Counted from the stretch's first letter, positions 1 to 15,117 are shown. The stretch is 64,000 nucleotides of DNA from Azolla caroliniana (GCA_043228905.1 JBHGNT010000003.1:8866001-8930000), one strand, 5' to 3'. Numbers and translations are program-made. The notes: generated by a model not told the origin, from the sequence alone.

Positions 1-632
1 GTCCTTCAAATATAGAGGTTCCTAATGAAGGGAATGGTAAGGAAGGACTTGGGAGAGATGTTGGTGTTTGAGATATGGTGGTTGTTATGGATGAAGGAAC
101 ATCATCTAGAGCAGGTTATAAAGAGGTTTCACTTCAAGGTTTGGACCCTAAAAATAAGGGAACACAATCTATGGATATGGAAAAAAAAGTTTGGTGGTTA
201 TAGATAAGGGGAAAAAACTGTTGGATAGAACTAGTAGTGATGTTGTTGTTGAAAAGGATTGCCATCAAGTTAAGGGCAAGTCGAAGGGGAGATTAATGAA
301 TATGCAACGTAATAGTTTGCCCACTAATCGTGAGACTACTTGGAAAAGTAATTCAGGAACTAGGGAGGGTTCTCGAAAAGTTCCTTGGCAAAGACAATTT
401 AGGGATAAGGGATTACCCCTTCACCTTCAATTTGATTCATTGTGACGGGTTGTAAATTCATCAAATTCTCGAGGTTTTTGTTAAGTGGGAGAACCTAAAC
501 ACAATATTTTGATAGACAACCCTAAGAATGTGGTACATGAAAATCCATATGCAGCATTGGAACATGCTTTGACTAGTTTCATGACATCGGTTGCTCTAAA
601 GGAGCAAGTGCACCCATAACATTGTTGATTGA

Positions 633-3600
633 ATGAAAGTGGTAACATGGAATGTGAGAGGGGCATGTTCTCCTCATAAGAAATATATATTATGGAAAAC
701 TTTGTTAAGTAAAGAAATAGATGTATTATGTGCAGTTGGGCATAAGTGTCATGAGTTAGCAGGATCCATAGTTCATTTGCGTGGATATTCATCATTCTAT
801 GCAGGACATCTTAATAATCATTATTCAGGTGTGGTATTAATCGTGCGAGATAAATATTATCCTCAGGTGGTGCATAATGATCCTTATGGTTGGTTTTTGG
901 TTCTACAAATCATTTTTTTGGCGAGGTTGTGTGGGTGGTTGGGATTTATGCCCCTAACCAAGCCTAATGGGGTTGTCCAAGATTACTTATGGGTGATTTT
1001 AACATGTGTGTTGATGCATCTCAATCTACGTCTGAACATTCGATCCTGGATGATCCTGAGCAACTTGCTTGGGATTCATTGGCTATGGAGGTTTTGAAGT
1101 TGCATGGGAAGGATCTATGTTTTACTTTCCAATCCGCTCAACATAGACAAACATGGAGTCGGTTAGATAGAATGTATGTGATGCACAATGATTCTTTTTT
1201 ACCGACATCACTTCGTATGATAGTTTTACAAGATGTAGGAACTTCAGATCACTTTCCTATTTGTTTGGAGGTTTGTGTTCATGCAATTGACATGTATAAA
1301 TCCTTACTTGGAAAGCCTCCATTACGCTTTAACTCTTCACTTTTGCTTCAACCTCACTTTGATTCTCTCATGGAGCAAATTTTGGTAAATTTTTCACAAG
1401 AAGTGAATCTTAAAGGAGTTAAAGCATGGGATATCACATTACGAAACATTAAGATCATTCATCGTATTTATGGAGTAACTAATGCTCAACGAAGAAGAGA
1501 TAATCAATGTCAATCTCATTTGTTTTGCCAAGAGTTACATCCTACTTATACTCGATCGAATGTGGTACATGTAAAACAAGGGGATGAATGGATAGTGAAT
1601 CCTACTACAATAATTGACATATGTGTTCATTACTTTAAGGAGTTGATTGGCCCACAATTGTCAATGACAAATGAGGTGAGTAGAGCACATCATGAGTCTT
1701 ATTATGTGGTTGGATGTATTGTGCATGACCTCATTAGTCATGAATTGGACGCGGATTTCATTAAGGATGAGGTGGACACCGTTTTAAGGCATCTTCCTAG
1801 TGGTAAGAACCCTGGTTGGGATGGCGTGACAAATGAAGTTTTTAAGCAATATTCAAATATTTTAAAGGGTCCCTTAACTTTGATGTTTCAACATTCTTGG
1901 GATTCTAGTCGTGTGCCGCAAGCTTGGAAGGTTGGTCTAATTAAATTAGTTCCAAAGGTGGCATCCCCAAAGTCATTTCATCAATGGAGACCTATTTCTT
2001 TGATGGGGGGTTGTATAAGATATTTACAAAGGTCTTGGCAAATAGATTACAAAAGTATTTGCCAAAGTTGATACATCCCACCCAATATGGTTTTATTGCA
2101 GGTAGGAATATATTGCATAATGTGTTGAATGTTCAAATGGCCATGGATTATGCTCGAAACACTCATCAAGAATTGATTATGGTGCAATTAGATTTGGAGA
2201 AAGCTTATGATCATGCTAATTGGTCCTTTGTTTCTGGGTTAATGCATACAATGGGCTTTGGACCTCGTATGTCTCGCCTCATAATTTGATTAGGACAAGA
2301 TGCGGTGTCTCGAGTCATGCTTAATGGGGGAGTTACATCATATATTTCCCTCACAATATCAGTTCGTCAAGGATGCCCTATTAGCCCATTGTTGTTTGCT
2401 ATTGTTACTCATCCCTTATTAGTGATGCTATCCAGGCTTGCAACAAATGGTGATATTGTGGGTCTACACCTTCCAGCTGGAGAGCAACTAGTAGCACAAG
2501 CTTTGGCCGTTGATTCTTTCATGTTTCTACAAGCCTCACGAGAGAATCTTGAGAAGGGGATGCTTGTATGGTACCAATTTGCATTGGCTTCTGGATTACA
2601 TATTAATTGGAGGACATCTAGTCTCATATCATGTACTGAAAGGGATTTGGAATGTTTAGGATGGCAAGGATCCGTGGTGAAGAAAGGCTCTATTTTTCGA
2701 CACTTGGGCTATCCATTAGGAATGAATGTTACAAATGGTCAATTGATTGAATGGATGTCTAGTAAGAAGCACTCTTGTTATGTGTATGGAAACCATCACC
2801 TAGTAGAGAGCATTGTAATTCTTTGCAAAAAGAGTTACTTGTGTCTTCTCGGTTATTATATTGGCCAAGAAAGGAGAGATTGCGCTCTCAATTTAATCAT
2901 TTGTTTCATTTGGGGGTCAAAGAGGTGGGAGATATAGTTGAGGCTTCATCCCAAAGAATTTTGGAGTTTGTTAAAGCGCGACAATTATTACACATTCCGC
3001 CTAATTATGGGATTATTTGGCAACAACTACAAAATATTCCATTAATGCAAGGTCCCTTACCTCTACAAACAGGAGAACAACTGTGGATTGATTGGTGTTT
3101 AAATGGTCAAACATCGTTGTTACAAGTGACTACTAATCTTTTGTATCATTGCTCTGTTGAGTCCCTTGGATGGTTATCATCTAAGGCTGAAGAAGAATGG
3201 AGATTAAACAAATCTAATCATGGGTGGTGGCAGATCTTACAACGTATTGGCATTCTAAATTGCCACTTGTAGCAAAGGTCTTCATTTGGAGAGTTTTGAT
3301 TGGAGGATTACCTTTGGGATTAGCTCTAAAGTGTCGTGGACTAGCAATGGGTAGTTGCTTTTTTTGCACTGTTCAAATGGAAGATAATACTCATCGATTT
3401 ATACAATGTCTGATTGCTTGTCAAATTTGGAGTTACATTTATAAAATTTGGCAAGTTTTGTCACGGTGTTATTTGACTCCTAGACAGTGGGTGTTTGCAC
3501 AATTTACATAGGTTGACCCAAAGTCAGAGATGGAGATTGTTTTTCTATTTTTGAGATATTGGGGATTGTGTCATAATTGGAATATGCACAACGATTTTGT

Positions 3601-3830
3601 ATTCGATGGTAGACATGGAGTGAAAGCATATCTATGAAAGTTGAAGGGAGTACTAATGTGGCAATTTTCTTTATTAGAGCAAGTGGAGATTCTTTCCTCT
3701 ATGGAGTGTTCGCCTTGCCTATTGGCAATTCAACATGTTCCACTACCCATGTACTGTAGTTAGTGGGTGACCATACTTTATTGCCACAACCATTGTAAGT
3801 AGTGTTTTTTACACACATTTATTAATATAA
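633..3830 (+). mobile_element. Degenerate L1-clade LINE ORF2 (APE endonuclease, RT, zf-RVT); 1-630 is probably the ORF1 C-terminus
   Basis: Consecutive frameshifted ORFs give MKVVTWNVRG, GDFN, RLDRMY and SDHFP (APE); PGWDG, QYGF, DLEKAYD and RQGCPISP (RT); and CFFC..ED..HRF..C (zf-RVT). Confidence 0.92.
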
Positions 3831-3843
3831 TTGTGTGTTTTCA

Positions 3844-3847
<4 letters not shown>

Positions 3848-3877
<30 letters not shown>

Positions 3878-4180
3878 AGAACAATAAACTCAATTTCAAA
3901 ATACTCTATAAACTCTGTACATACAAATGGGCTTTAGAGCACTTTTTATACAAGTCCTTAAAAGGACTGATAGAAGTATTGACAAGTACTTCAATGCTCG
4001 TATTGAGCTATGACACTAACTCCTAGAACCATAACTACCTAGTAGACTAGGAACATAGGCCTCCAACGGCCCACCAGGTCGCACATGGGTCCGGCTCTCC
4101 AATCCAGCTCACCTTACTGGACATTGATCCGGTTCTTCGTTCCGAACACTAATGCGGACACCGATTCGGCTCTTGGCTTC
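3848..4180 (-). mobile_element. Partial copia LTR, same family as the LTRs at 15594, 33576, 39513 and 45071
   Basis: A (GA)n tract followed by ttatacaagtcc..ggactga.agaagta..tacttcaatgctc..ctacctagtag, colinear with the 39513-39939 LTR. Confidence 0.75.
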
Positions 4181-4183
4181 TTC

Positions 4184-6600
4184 TTCTAGCAAGAGAAATT
4201 CATGTTTTCCAAGGCGAAGCTTATCTCTTGTCTCTTTAGTGAATGTATTTCTGATCCCTCTTGGATCCCATGCAACTTCCTTCATTCTTTGCCAACTATC
4301 CTTAGGTAGTGGAATAGCAATAGGTTTTATTTTCTTGTCCACCGTTTTGTATTTTTTGTTAACTTCGACCATCTTGGCCATGATACTTCGTTTATACCTG
4401 TCAATGGAGTTTATCTAAATTATTTGCTGGTTACGAGGGCTCAAGTCCACAACATTCTCCATTTCGCCAATGTTGTCATTAAATGAGGCTTCCTCCGTAA
4501 CCCATTTGATGCTTTTGTCTTCCATTATTTGTTCTTCTCTTAAAGCTTCCTCGAAGCTTTGCATCCGAGACTAAATTAGGGGCTACATATAACCCTCCTT
4601 CCACAAAATCACGAACTTTCTTCATTCTCGGGGGCATATGCTTGTTTGGACTATTCACACCCTGCTCGCAAGCTCGACCTAAAAATATGCATCTTCTCCA
4701 AGTCTATCTTGATTCCTTTCGTGGTTGGCACGTATAGTCAAGAACTGTACGGCCTTCTTCCCATCAAGACTCCTTACTCGAGCAAATGTCGCACCATTGT
4801 CGAACACTTTGGTTTCTTCCGAGACGATGTTATGTACGGTTGCTCTAGAAAGATAGGATGGGATGCCGAGTCTTGAACAAAAAAGTGTTGATCTATCTCG
4901 AAATCGCCAATTGTGATGGGGAATATTAGGACATGCATCATACAAGTCTTCAATAGCTTTCGTTGCTGCATGGATCTTCTACCCATGATTTATGGGCCAT
5001 CTTCCCTTTTTGTAAACCTCAGTTGACATAAGGTTGATCTCGGATCCATGTCTATTAAAGCTACAACTATTTCTTTTCTTTCTCCCAACTTTACTTGTGT
5101 ATCCTTCGTCGCTCGTGCCCAATGAGGCTGAGTATAGTGACTGTCCACCATATCTTCATTGACTTCGTCCCTTGCCATCGTTCTGGCATTTGTTTTTGCT
5201 TTTTGTGGTTTCTCTTCTTCCTCGCCTAACTGTTTCCGTTTTCTCTTAATGAGGTCCACAATCGTATCATGGAACTACTTTTCTATAATGTCAAGCAATT
5301 CCCTCAAGGACAAGGTCACATGGCTATCAAGAGCACTTTCTTCGAGAATCTTCTTCAAATTTGACATCTGTTCTATGTCCGACCTTAGCTTATAGGTAGG
5401 CATAGTTCTCCCCTTCCTAGCAGGGTCTCCGACATCAACCCCCATGGGTTGAGCTATTTCTTCAACTCTTTTGCTCGCTTCTCCTTTCTAGCTTGAGTCC
5501 CTAACCTCCATTCATAAATCTTGACTTGCTTTCACATCTTCTTTCTTTTTCATGTTCCTTGTTTCATGTCTTTTTGATGGGTTGTCTTGCCCTTCCATTC
5601 TTTTTCTCTTTTTGATGGGTTGCTCGACTTTCGGGGGTATGGTATTGTCATCTACCGGATCTGACCATCCGGTCATACTTTGCACACTTCAGTTTGGAAG
5701 CTCTACCTCGTCCGAAGTAACTTTCACCTTCTTCTCATACTCAAGAATAGTAAACCAGAACCTTGTTCCTATTCTGGGAGCTTCATTTTTATCTTTCTCG
5801 ACCCTTATATTGGCTGATGTAGCATAGTGCATCACATCCATATGAGTCGCCTCAGCATCTTCCATAGCTTTCTTCATTCCCCGTATTCCGAAATTCACCC
5901 TCAAGGGTCTTCTAGTTTCACTCGAGCAGATCATGTTGCCATCCATGTATATGATATTTTGTCGGATGGCCTCTCAAAGGCTTGCACAATCCCTTCTCAT
6001 GTGATCCACACTATCGCAACACACAAATCTCAAGGGATTTTTTCCCTTCAACCCTCGACGATTCATGTTCACTAGTGTGACCATCTCGATGAGCTTCTTC
6101 ACTAATTCTTCAATGATGTCATCATCAATCTTCTTTTCATCCAGGTTTCTTTCTTTAGGCGGCTCGGTCACTTTGGGTGGTCTCACTTTTTCTACACATG
6201 ACTGTGCCAAGTTAGTGTCATCGAGCCATTGCATGCTTGCTTCACTGTAGTCTAGTCTGTCACAAGCTCGTTCATTTGGGCATCAATTTCAAGGAGAGTC
6301 CACAATTCTCATCTATCCTCCACATCCACAACTTTTAGGAAATACAATGTCGTGTCCTCCTCAAGCAACGCTTAGTCCGTGGCGGGGAGATGACTAAACA
6401 TCTGGTCGACCTCGTCGTATACCGTCGGAGTGCTCATCTTCTTATTTTTCTTCTTTATCCACTTCATCAAGACATGTCGAGTCATCCTCAACAAATCCGT
6501 TGTCACGAACTTTGCTAATATTGCTTTCTTGAACGCAGACCACATTGCCTTCCCTTCTTGAAGTTTGATGACCCGCCTTGGACGTTGTTTGTGACCCGCC
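4184..6600 (-). mobile_element. Degenerate Ty3/gypsy gag-protease region
   Basis: Fragments contain a zinc-knuckle-like CxxCDSVDHMRRDC, a frameshifted aspartic protease motif (VVALID-hGSEI), the flap region FFVQDSASHPIFLEQPY and KYKTVDKKIKP. Confidence 0.65.
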
Positions 6601-7586
6601 TTGCAGAATTATTCAGTGATGAATTGATCACCTCTTCCCCCGCAGGATTCTTGGTTGGATGTGGAAGTCTTGTGTGGTTGATTTGTTGGTCTCATTTGAA
6701 TTCAAGAATGTCCTAAGTTTTGTGAATTTCCTTAACCTATAAAATCCTAAAAATGGTTAGAATTTTGTTATAAGATAAAGAGACAATAGTAAAATGATAT
6801 AACTTGTAAATTGAACTTACCTTTAGAAATGGTTGGGATTTTATATTTGTTGAATATTTATTTCCTTTGTATGTGGTTATTTTTTGGCTCATAATTCGTA
6901 GGTGATTGCCCATTATCTTTCATCTACAAAACGAAAATAATGTGAATTAGAATTACTTCTCATTTTATGTTTTCAAAAAATCAAACTCTAGAAACAAATT
7001 TAGACTCGTGAAATGGGCAACCTTAGAACACCAATGAACCCCACTTGCATATAGTTAAAACAATTTGGAATTTGAGTTTGTTGAGATGTAAGATATGCAT
7101 GGATGTTAAAGGGAAGACGATGTAATTATTCCTGAAGTATTGTTGATATTGAACTCATGCTTGATTCAATCCTATCAACAACTTATTTGAGATGAGAAAA
7201 AGAAAAGAAAAGAAAATCAGCTTTATAGAGTGCTCATAAAATTATTCAAGAAGCAAATTCTGCCCTTATTTTTAAGCGTATACCTAAATGTAGGCAAATG
7301 ACCTTACATGAGTATGGTATGATATAGAGAATAACCAAGAAATTTTATTTTTGTTGATTATATTATTGTTTTTAATGTTTAGAATATAATTTTAATTTGG
7401 TTTGATATAATTTTGTCATGAAACAATGTAAATTTTTTGATGTAGAATTTGGCCTCCATAAAAAGCGCACCTAATACAATGGCACACTTAAGAGGACACA
7501 CACTTAATGGAATAGTTATTCTAAAGCGATAAAGATTAGAGCTTGGATGGAGAGGCATGTGTGTTTTCTGAAGTATCACATTGCAT

Positions 7587-7587
7587 A

Positions 7588-7662
<75 letters not shown>

Positions 7663-7665
7663 GTG
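7587..7665. repeat. (TGTGTA)n microsatellite
   Basis: Read directly; it explains the poly-HT ORF. Confidence 0.95.
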
Positions 7666-9573
7666 GAGATGGATGCATATGTGTGTGATTGTTAATTAGT
7701 GTGTATTTGGATGTGATTCCTAATTTTTGAGTGTTTTAATGGTTAATTAACCCTAATACTAACCTTAAATCTAACAATGTGTGTGACCATTTGTCAAATT
7801 TGTATGCATGTATGCTCATTTATGTGAATGTAATTTCTATGTGTGTAGAAAATGCATAACCCTAAACGTACTTGTGGATGGATGAGGTGAGGTGTTCATC
7901 ATTGCTCTACTACTTGAACAAGGGCTAGTGAAGAGATTGGAGAAGGTCATTGCCTTTCAAAATAAAATGACTACTCAAGTACAAACAAGGAACATACTAT
8001 AGATCGATGGAGTAAAAACAACCAAAAGCTTTGAATATTAGGACATAAGAATTGGAATGGGATATAGATGTAATAGTATGAGGGGGCGAAGGGTAACTAT
8101 ATGCAAGAAGATATAGAGAGAACAAGAATGAGGTAATTATCAACGGAACAAACAATGCAATAGGAAGAGTTGAACAGAAAATGAATTCTTTGTGATACAA
8201 AAATGCTAGAGAAACATTAAGACAAATAGAATATGGACTAAGGATTCAAACATGGTCACAAACATGGAGAGATTCTAACATTAATTGACCTCAGAATTGT
8301 AAAAAAACCGAGATTTATTCTTTAGCAATCACAATCTTTCAGGGTTTATATCTAATTCTCTACTGCTCCGATTTGAGTGAAATAAAGTTCTATAAATTTG
8401 TCTCGCTAAAACGAATCTTTAAGCACACTTAAATGCAGAAAACTGACTTTGTACATCTCCAGTAGAGTCTTCTGAAGTTTTTTATTAATATATGTCATTC
8501 TCGATTAACCATTACTTACATAGGCCAAGTATTCCCCTATTTTTGTTGTGGGAGAACCTTCATATACCTTCCTCTGTTCTTATCATGGTGTCTCACATAC
8601 ATTTTGCTTTTCCTTTTTCTTCTTTACGTATCCCATGTTTACCTTCTTTAGTGCCCACTGCTAATTACAAATATGGCCTAAGCCATTATGCCAAGTACTT
8701 AAACCCCACACATCCACACCTATTGTGTCATTATTTTAAAAATCTAAAAACGACACACTACATAGCATGGCTCTAATGCTCTGATTCAATGGTGAGAGGA
8801 AGGGTCGATATTTGAAAAGGAGGATTATGAATCCTCTTTTCCTTAGGTTTTACGAAAAAAATTGAAAAATGTTAAACTATGTGACACCTTTGTTTTCATA
8901 TTTCATCACAATAAATATGGAGCGTATGTTTGAGGAATTCCCCTCAACCATCCCAACACATGAGATGGTGTTGGGGTAAACAAACGAGGACATGACATCA
9001 CCCATTTGTAAATGTCGGCCACCTACAACTAAGTTTATCTCGTATGCCAAATTATCGACACCAACCAGGACAACAACTCAAGTAGAACCACTAGCACCAG
9101 AACCATCACCATCACGAAGAGCACAAGAACACCTAGTATAGGCGTGGTCACATTTACCCTGCAATACCCTAACACTTGTGACCATGACAACATGATTGTC
9201 CTTGATCCCAGTCCATAAATTCCAAAAGTTGATGGATTATGATTTCTGGTACGCCCCTGCTTGCACATCTTAACCAAAGAAAACAAGATATAAAACCAAG
9301 AAATTAGTGTGAACTACAATGCAATACGAGTTTCCCGAAATATAAACCTTTCACCACCCTCATCCTCTCAAGTTGGTTTGGTGGAATCTTTAACTAAAGC
9401 TCTATTATATTTCACGTCACGGCAAACACCATTTTCTATTCCAAATTAAGAACTCATGTTAAAGATAGAATGCAATAAACAATGCAATTACATGTGTTGG
9501 TTCTCTCGGAATCAAATGTAAACTTGATGAGAACATTTACGTGATTCGCCTAGGTGGTGGGGTTGTGCTAAAA

Positions 9574-10220
9574 AAGAAGTTGGATGACCTATTGGAGTCA
9601 TATCTCCCTCAAATGCATGCATATGTTTGTGACTTGTGATTGGTGTTACTTATGGGAGACATGTCCTTGTTTCCTTTTGTAGAGATAGCGAAAAATGCAT
9701 GCATATGTTTGTGACCAGTGATTGGTGTTAGGTATTGGAGACATGTCCTCGTCTCCTTTTGTAGAGATAGTGACAAAAATCATTAGAAGTGCGTTACTTA
9801 CTATCGAGAGTGCTCCTATACAACTTTCGTCAATCTAATGAATTGACTCGATTGAGTGAGAGATACCCCGCAAGACCCTAACACTTGTGACCACGACATC
9901 TTGGGGTTGGTTGGCAATGATCCCAGTCCATACATTCTAGGTAGGTGCATTGTTGATTGCATTCTATGTTTACAATGAGTTCTTAATTTTGGACGGCAAA
10001 AAAGGACAAAAAGAAGAAGTTGGATGACCTGGTGGAGTCATATGTCCCTCGAATGCATGCATATATCAATATGTTTGTGACTTAATTGACGTTAGGTATT
10101 GGAGACATGTCCTTGTTTCCTTTTGTAGAGATAGTGACAAAAATCATTGGCCGTGAGTTCCTATCAATGAGTCTTCCTATACAACTTTCGTCAATCTAAT
10201 TAAAATGACTCAATTGAATC
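9574..10220. repeat. Local duplications upstream of FAR: a ~83-bp unit in three copies within a larger duplicated block
   Basis: atgcatgcat(..)atgtttgtgac...ggagacatgtcct.gt.tccttttgtagagatag occurs at ~9612, ~9695 and ~10052; aagaagttggatgacct occurs at 9574 and 10014. Confidence 0.85.
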
Positions 10221-10390
10221 ATGTTGGATTTATACATATCTACATAATACGATTAATTGAGCTACTAATTTCCTGCACGCTCAGAAGAAATACCTACGTG
10301 TCTATTTCTGGGCCATTCATTGAGTGCCGTAATGAGCAAACCCTTCCATTTATTTAGTTAGAGAGCCCTTTGTCTCCTTCCCCAATTTAG

Positions 10391-10403
10391 TATATATATA
10401 AAG
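10391..10403 (+). promoter_or_regulatory. Candidate TATA box of the FAR gene
   Basis: TATATATATAAAG about 45-55 bp upstream of the ATG at 10447. Confidence 0.55.
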
Positions 10404-10446
10404 GGGTTACTTAACGAACATTTCTTCTCTGTGCTTTCACTTAGCC

Positions 10447-13400
10447 ATGAATATTTCCTTCTTCCACGGCTTGGGGTCGCCTTGCAAAGCTTATTATAAC
10501 TTATATGCCCAATTTAGCTCCCCACCTACTAAAATCAAGGCCAGTCCTCCAAGCAATACTACAAGTCATGCGAGACATAGGAAGCAATCTATGAATGCAT
10601 TGCTTAAAAATGGTCATTATATCAATGGAGGAGAAGGTACTAGTGTGGATTCATTCGTAGCTACTACGAAGGATTGGTCGCCAAATGGTAGCCCCATTAT
10701 GCAAGTCTTGGAGCCGAACTCGGAATCTCTCCATGGTGACCAATGTGCAGGAAGAAACGTGGACGTAGGTCCCCCTGGCCTGGACATTGTCCCTCTCCTC
10801 AAGGACAAGGCCATCTTCATAACCGGAGCCACTGGCTTCCTCGCCAAAGGTAATTATGAAAGTGGCCTAAATAGTTTTTTAACTACAACTAAATGCGATA
10901 CCCATATACCATTCCTAGCCAAAACTCGTGTTCTTCGGTTTACATGATATGATGTTCATAGACATATAACCTACTCTTATGTAGTCCAAAATGCACACCC
11001 CCCATTAAATATTTAACCGTCCACAATAGAATATCTTGACCATTGCATATCTAATAATATTGGACTTGTTGTTGTCCTTCGATTCGATGTGCAAGAGTTG
11101 TCTACATGATGTACTTAAAACACAGAAAAAGGGTTTGTGTGTAATCCTAAATATCTCGCTAAGATAATTAGTTATCACTTTGCTTATGTATCCATACCAC
11201 CTCCCAACTTTTCTGTAGTTTAGAACACTACTAACTTAATATACTTGAAGGTGGCAAAGTTCGGAACAAAATCACTAATTATATATATTAATGCTCTAGT
11301 ACAATATCATCGTTGTGCATTATGTTTGAAACTAGACCTTGAATTCCAATGTTTTCAATTAATATATTGAACACCTAATATTATCATTACAAATAAGTAG
11401 ATGGTCATGAGTAGATGTTCAATTCTCCTAATATTAATTACATGAGAATATCCTACAATGTAGTGCTTGTGGAGAAGATATTGCGGGTGCAACCAGATGT
11501 GAGGCATTTGTACTTACTAATCAAAGCACCAAATGCAAGTTGCGCAAAACTTAGACTAAAGGAGGAGATCTTATGTAGTAATTTGTTCAAATGCTTGCAA
11601 TCTCGCCATGGCGAAGAATATGAAGCATTCATGGAGCAAAAGATAACTCCCGTGGTGGGTGACATGACGAAGGAAATGTTGGGCATGGATCCCTTGACAT
11701 TTACCTTCCTTGCTACCAGAATCGATATAATCGTCAATTGTGCTGCTACAACGGGCTTCGATGAACGGTATGACCATGCACTAAATATGAACACGGGAAG
11801 CACTCGAAGAATTATGGAATTTGCTAAATGCTGTCAACATCTACAACTTTTAATGCATGTGTCAACAGGTGATGTTAACGTGGACCTTCGATTAATCCAT
11901 CAAACCTTTATTTACATTATTAGACCTGTATGTGTCGTATGCTAAGTTTTTTAATTTCTGTTGTTTTGTAGCCTTTGCCCATGGGAAACGAAAAGGCCTT
12001 CTGTACGAACAAACCTTCAATTATGGATACAACATTTCTAATGCGACCATAACCATGGACCCAAGTTTGCATCCTAGCACATTTGTCGATTTCGAATTCA
12101 AACTTATCAAAGAGAAATTGAGTGCCTTTAATGAGATTGCATCTACAAAAAATCATGATAGAGAAAACAACATTACTAACAACATGAAGGAGCTAGGATT
12201 GGAAAGGTAAGATAAAGAGTGTTGAATAAAGCTTAATCTTTAGCAATGTGAAGATATTCATTATTAAATTGATTGCGGGTTACTCTCCAATTGAGTAACA
12301 TTTATCGGCACCGGAATTGCTTTCAACCTTCTGGGTTGAGCGTAGAATGCGAATTCATATATTTTCTTGTAATGTCCTAAGTTTCTTGTGTGATATGTAA
12401 GGTCAATGGTTTCTCGTATGATGTATGCATAATGTGGTTTAGTGTGTAATCTCTTGGTATAAGTGCCTACTAGAAATTGAGAGAGACGATAATTGATCAT
12501 TTGATGTTAGAGCGAATCACTTTGGTTGGCAAGACACTTATGTCTTTACAAAGGCAATGGGAGAGATGGTTATTGATAGTATGAGAGATGATCTACCGAC
12601 GGTGATTGTGAGACCAAGTATAGTGGAGAGTTCATTAAAAGAGCCATTTCCAGGCTGGATAGAAGGCAACAGGTAATGGTGCTCAATGACATTTTTAACA
12701 CCATCTTTGGACTAATATCGTGACCATAACACATTACTTGAGCATAATATGTGTTAATGTTTTCTTATACACAAGGATGATGGACCCCATCATCATATCA
12801 TACGGAAAGGGTAAACTCTCTGGCTTCCCCATGGATCCAAAGTGTCTTCTTGATGTGGTTTGTATCTTCTCAATTTGTTCTTTGCTTTAGATTTTATTTG
12901 CAATCATTCTACTGTTTGGATTTACTTGGTTTATTAGTTCGTTTTCTTCATTTCCAACTCCTTTGACCACTATTTCATTCATTTTATTTAAGCCCCTTGG
13001 TATAAGTCTCTTCTCTTGAAACCTTGGTGCTCCAAAATTGCTTTTTATTTTTATTTTTACTATTGAGCATTTTCAACCATGGCTATTAAAATGATTACTA
13101 ACCCAAGTGCATTTTCAACCATTTTGATATTTCACTAAACCATGTGCACACTTCCATAATGGTGATTCTTGCATGTGTGTAAACCATATTTACCACACTA
13201 TGATTGGGAACACGATGTAGGTACCAGTGGATATGGTGGCAAATGCAATGCTTGCTGCCATGGCAAAACATGCTTGTAAGCCAGGATTAAAAATTTACCA
13301 CATTGCATCATCAATGGTGAACCCTTGCTCCTTGTCAAACAACATGAGATTCTTAGAAGAGCATTTTCAAGAGGAGCCTCTCATAGACAACACCGGAAAA

Positions 13401-14623
13401 CCTATAAGAAACATGAAGTTTCAAACTTACCGAGATATGGAGAGCTATACAGAGGCATTATCTCAAGTTGATTTGGAATCTAAGGTATCTTAAAATTTTA
13501 CTCTATGCAATATTTTACACACCAGTTTTTAAGGTAGACAACAAGATGGTTTATAACTACGTCATCTTCTTCTTCAATTTTTTGAATTTTTATCAAGTCA
13601 CTTCTTGAATCTATAAGTATTACTTAGAGGGGATGCTTCACGTCTCCATTCATATCATGCAAATGTAGACATTGTGCTTAATGATTAGTTTCTCTACTTT
13701 GGCTTGACATCCCCTATACATGCCCTATAAAGCCTTTAAAATATACCTTCGGTTTATTATCCTATTCCAAATGCATATATGTTTCAGTCATGTAAGTTGA
13801 TTTGGGTGTATCTTTTCAAAGGTATATTTTTCTAGCTAATGTGCACACATATCAATGTAACTAACCATTCTCCTTTACGATATCTAGGAATCAAGTCCAA
13901 AGTCCTTTAAACAGTACCAACAAATGGCTCTCACAATAAAAGAGCGTGCAATCAACCTAGCCAAAATCTATTATCATTACACATTCTATCAAGGAAGGTA
14001 GGTTCCTCTTAACACATTTGGTTACAAATAGTGAATATAGTGGGGTCTATACACGATGGCATCTTTCCAATTCTTATTGTTTAGAGAAGGGAACTCCAAA
14101 GTTTCAAGCTATTTTGCATGTTGAAGTAAATATATTCCTATGTTATTTAAAAGTGCATATATATTTGCTAATGTTGCATGTGGAAAAATGGGTTGTGCAT
14201 TTGTATGTTTGAGCATTCATGAACATTGCACAATATGGCATATAAGATATTATTAAAGAGACAAACAACAATACATTAATAGATTCTATGGTCTCCACTA
14301 TGTAGGCATGTTTCTCTTTCGTGTTTTACCTTCTCTCATGTATGCATAATACATGACATAGTTATATGTTGGTAAACTAACCTCAAATCAATTTATTTAA
14401 CAAAATGCACAACCAAACAATGCTCTACTTCATTTCAACATTTTCCAATGTTTATAGATTTGACACTTCCAATACACAACAACTCTATGAAAATCTATCA
14501 AGCGAAGAAAAACTATTATTTGGCTTCAATTTCAATGACATTGATTGGGAGACCTACATAAAAAAGATACATATTCCAGGCTTAAGGAAGCATGTATTAA
14601 AGGGTTTTCGCTCCAAACTTTGA
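10447..14623 (+). CDS. FAR: Alcohol-forming fatty acyl-CoA reductase (FAR, MS2/FAR2-like), 608 aa, 8 exons: 10447-10849, 11464-11868, 11972-12206, 12511-12672, 12776-12857, 13221-13484, 13888-13997, 14458-14623
   Basis: All introns are GT-AG, the phases are consistent (1827 nt) and there are no stops. Motifs: Rossmann [22 protein letters not shown], catalytic [14 protein letters not shown] (YxxxK), [31 protein letters not shown], and the sterile-domain end [11 protein letters not shown]. There is a ~110-aa N-terminal extension. Confidence 0.95.
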
Positions 14624-15117
14624 AGGAATCTGAAGAAAGTATGTCATTTCTTGGTTCTCCTTACTCATTATTTGTATCAACTTATTCATTGTTTTCCAAC
14701 ATTTCATGCAACTCACATTTGCATACAATATTGATGTATCATATCATATTAAACATTCATGTGGAAAAACCCAAACAATATGCTAAATATTAACACTATG
14801 TGTTTATCATGATTTTCGAACGTTATGTTTTTTCCGTGACTTGTCAATGTAAAAACATGCTATGCATGATTTGATTATAAGAGAATACTGAACCATAACT
14901 TGTTTTGACTTGGGTTTTCAAATCATAAATCTAGGAATTGGCAACGATTCAGTTTGTAAAAAAATCATGACATAATTATTTGTATATCTCTTTTCAACCA
15001 TTAGGTTTAAAGATTTCATGGTAGCTTTGGTTAGGTAGAAAGGAGATATTGATATGATTAAGTTGGAGTACAATGAGAACATTTAAAGGGGAGATATTGA
15101 TTAACAATTGGATAGAC

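Noticed and set aside
7379-7678. His-Thr repeat protein
   Set aside because: It is a translation of a microsatellite.
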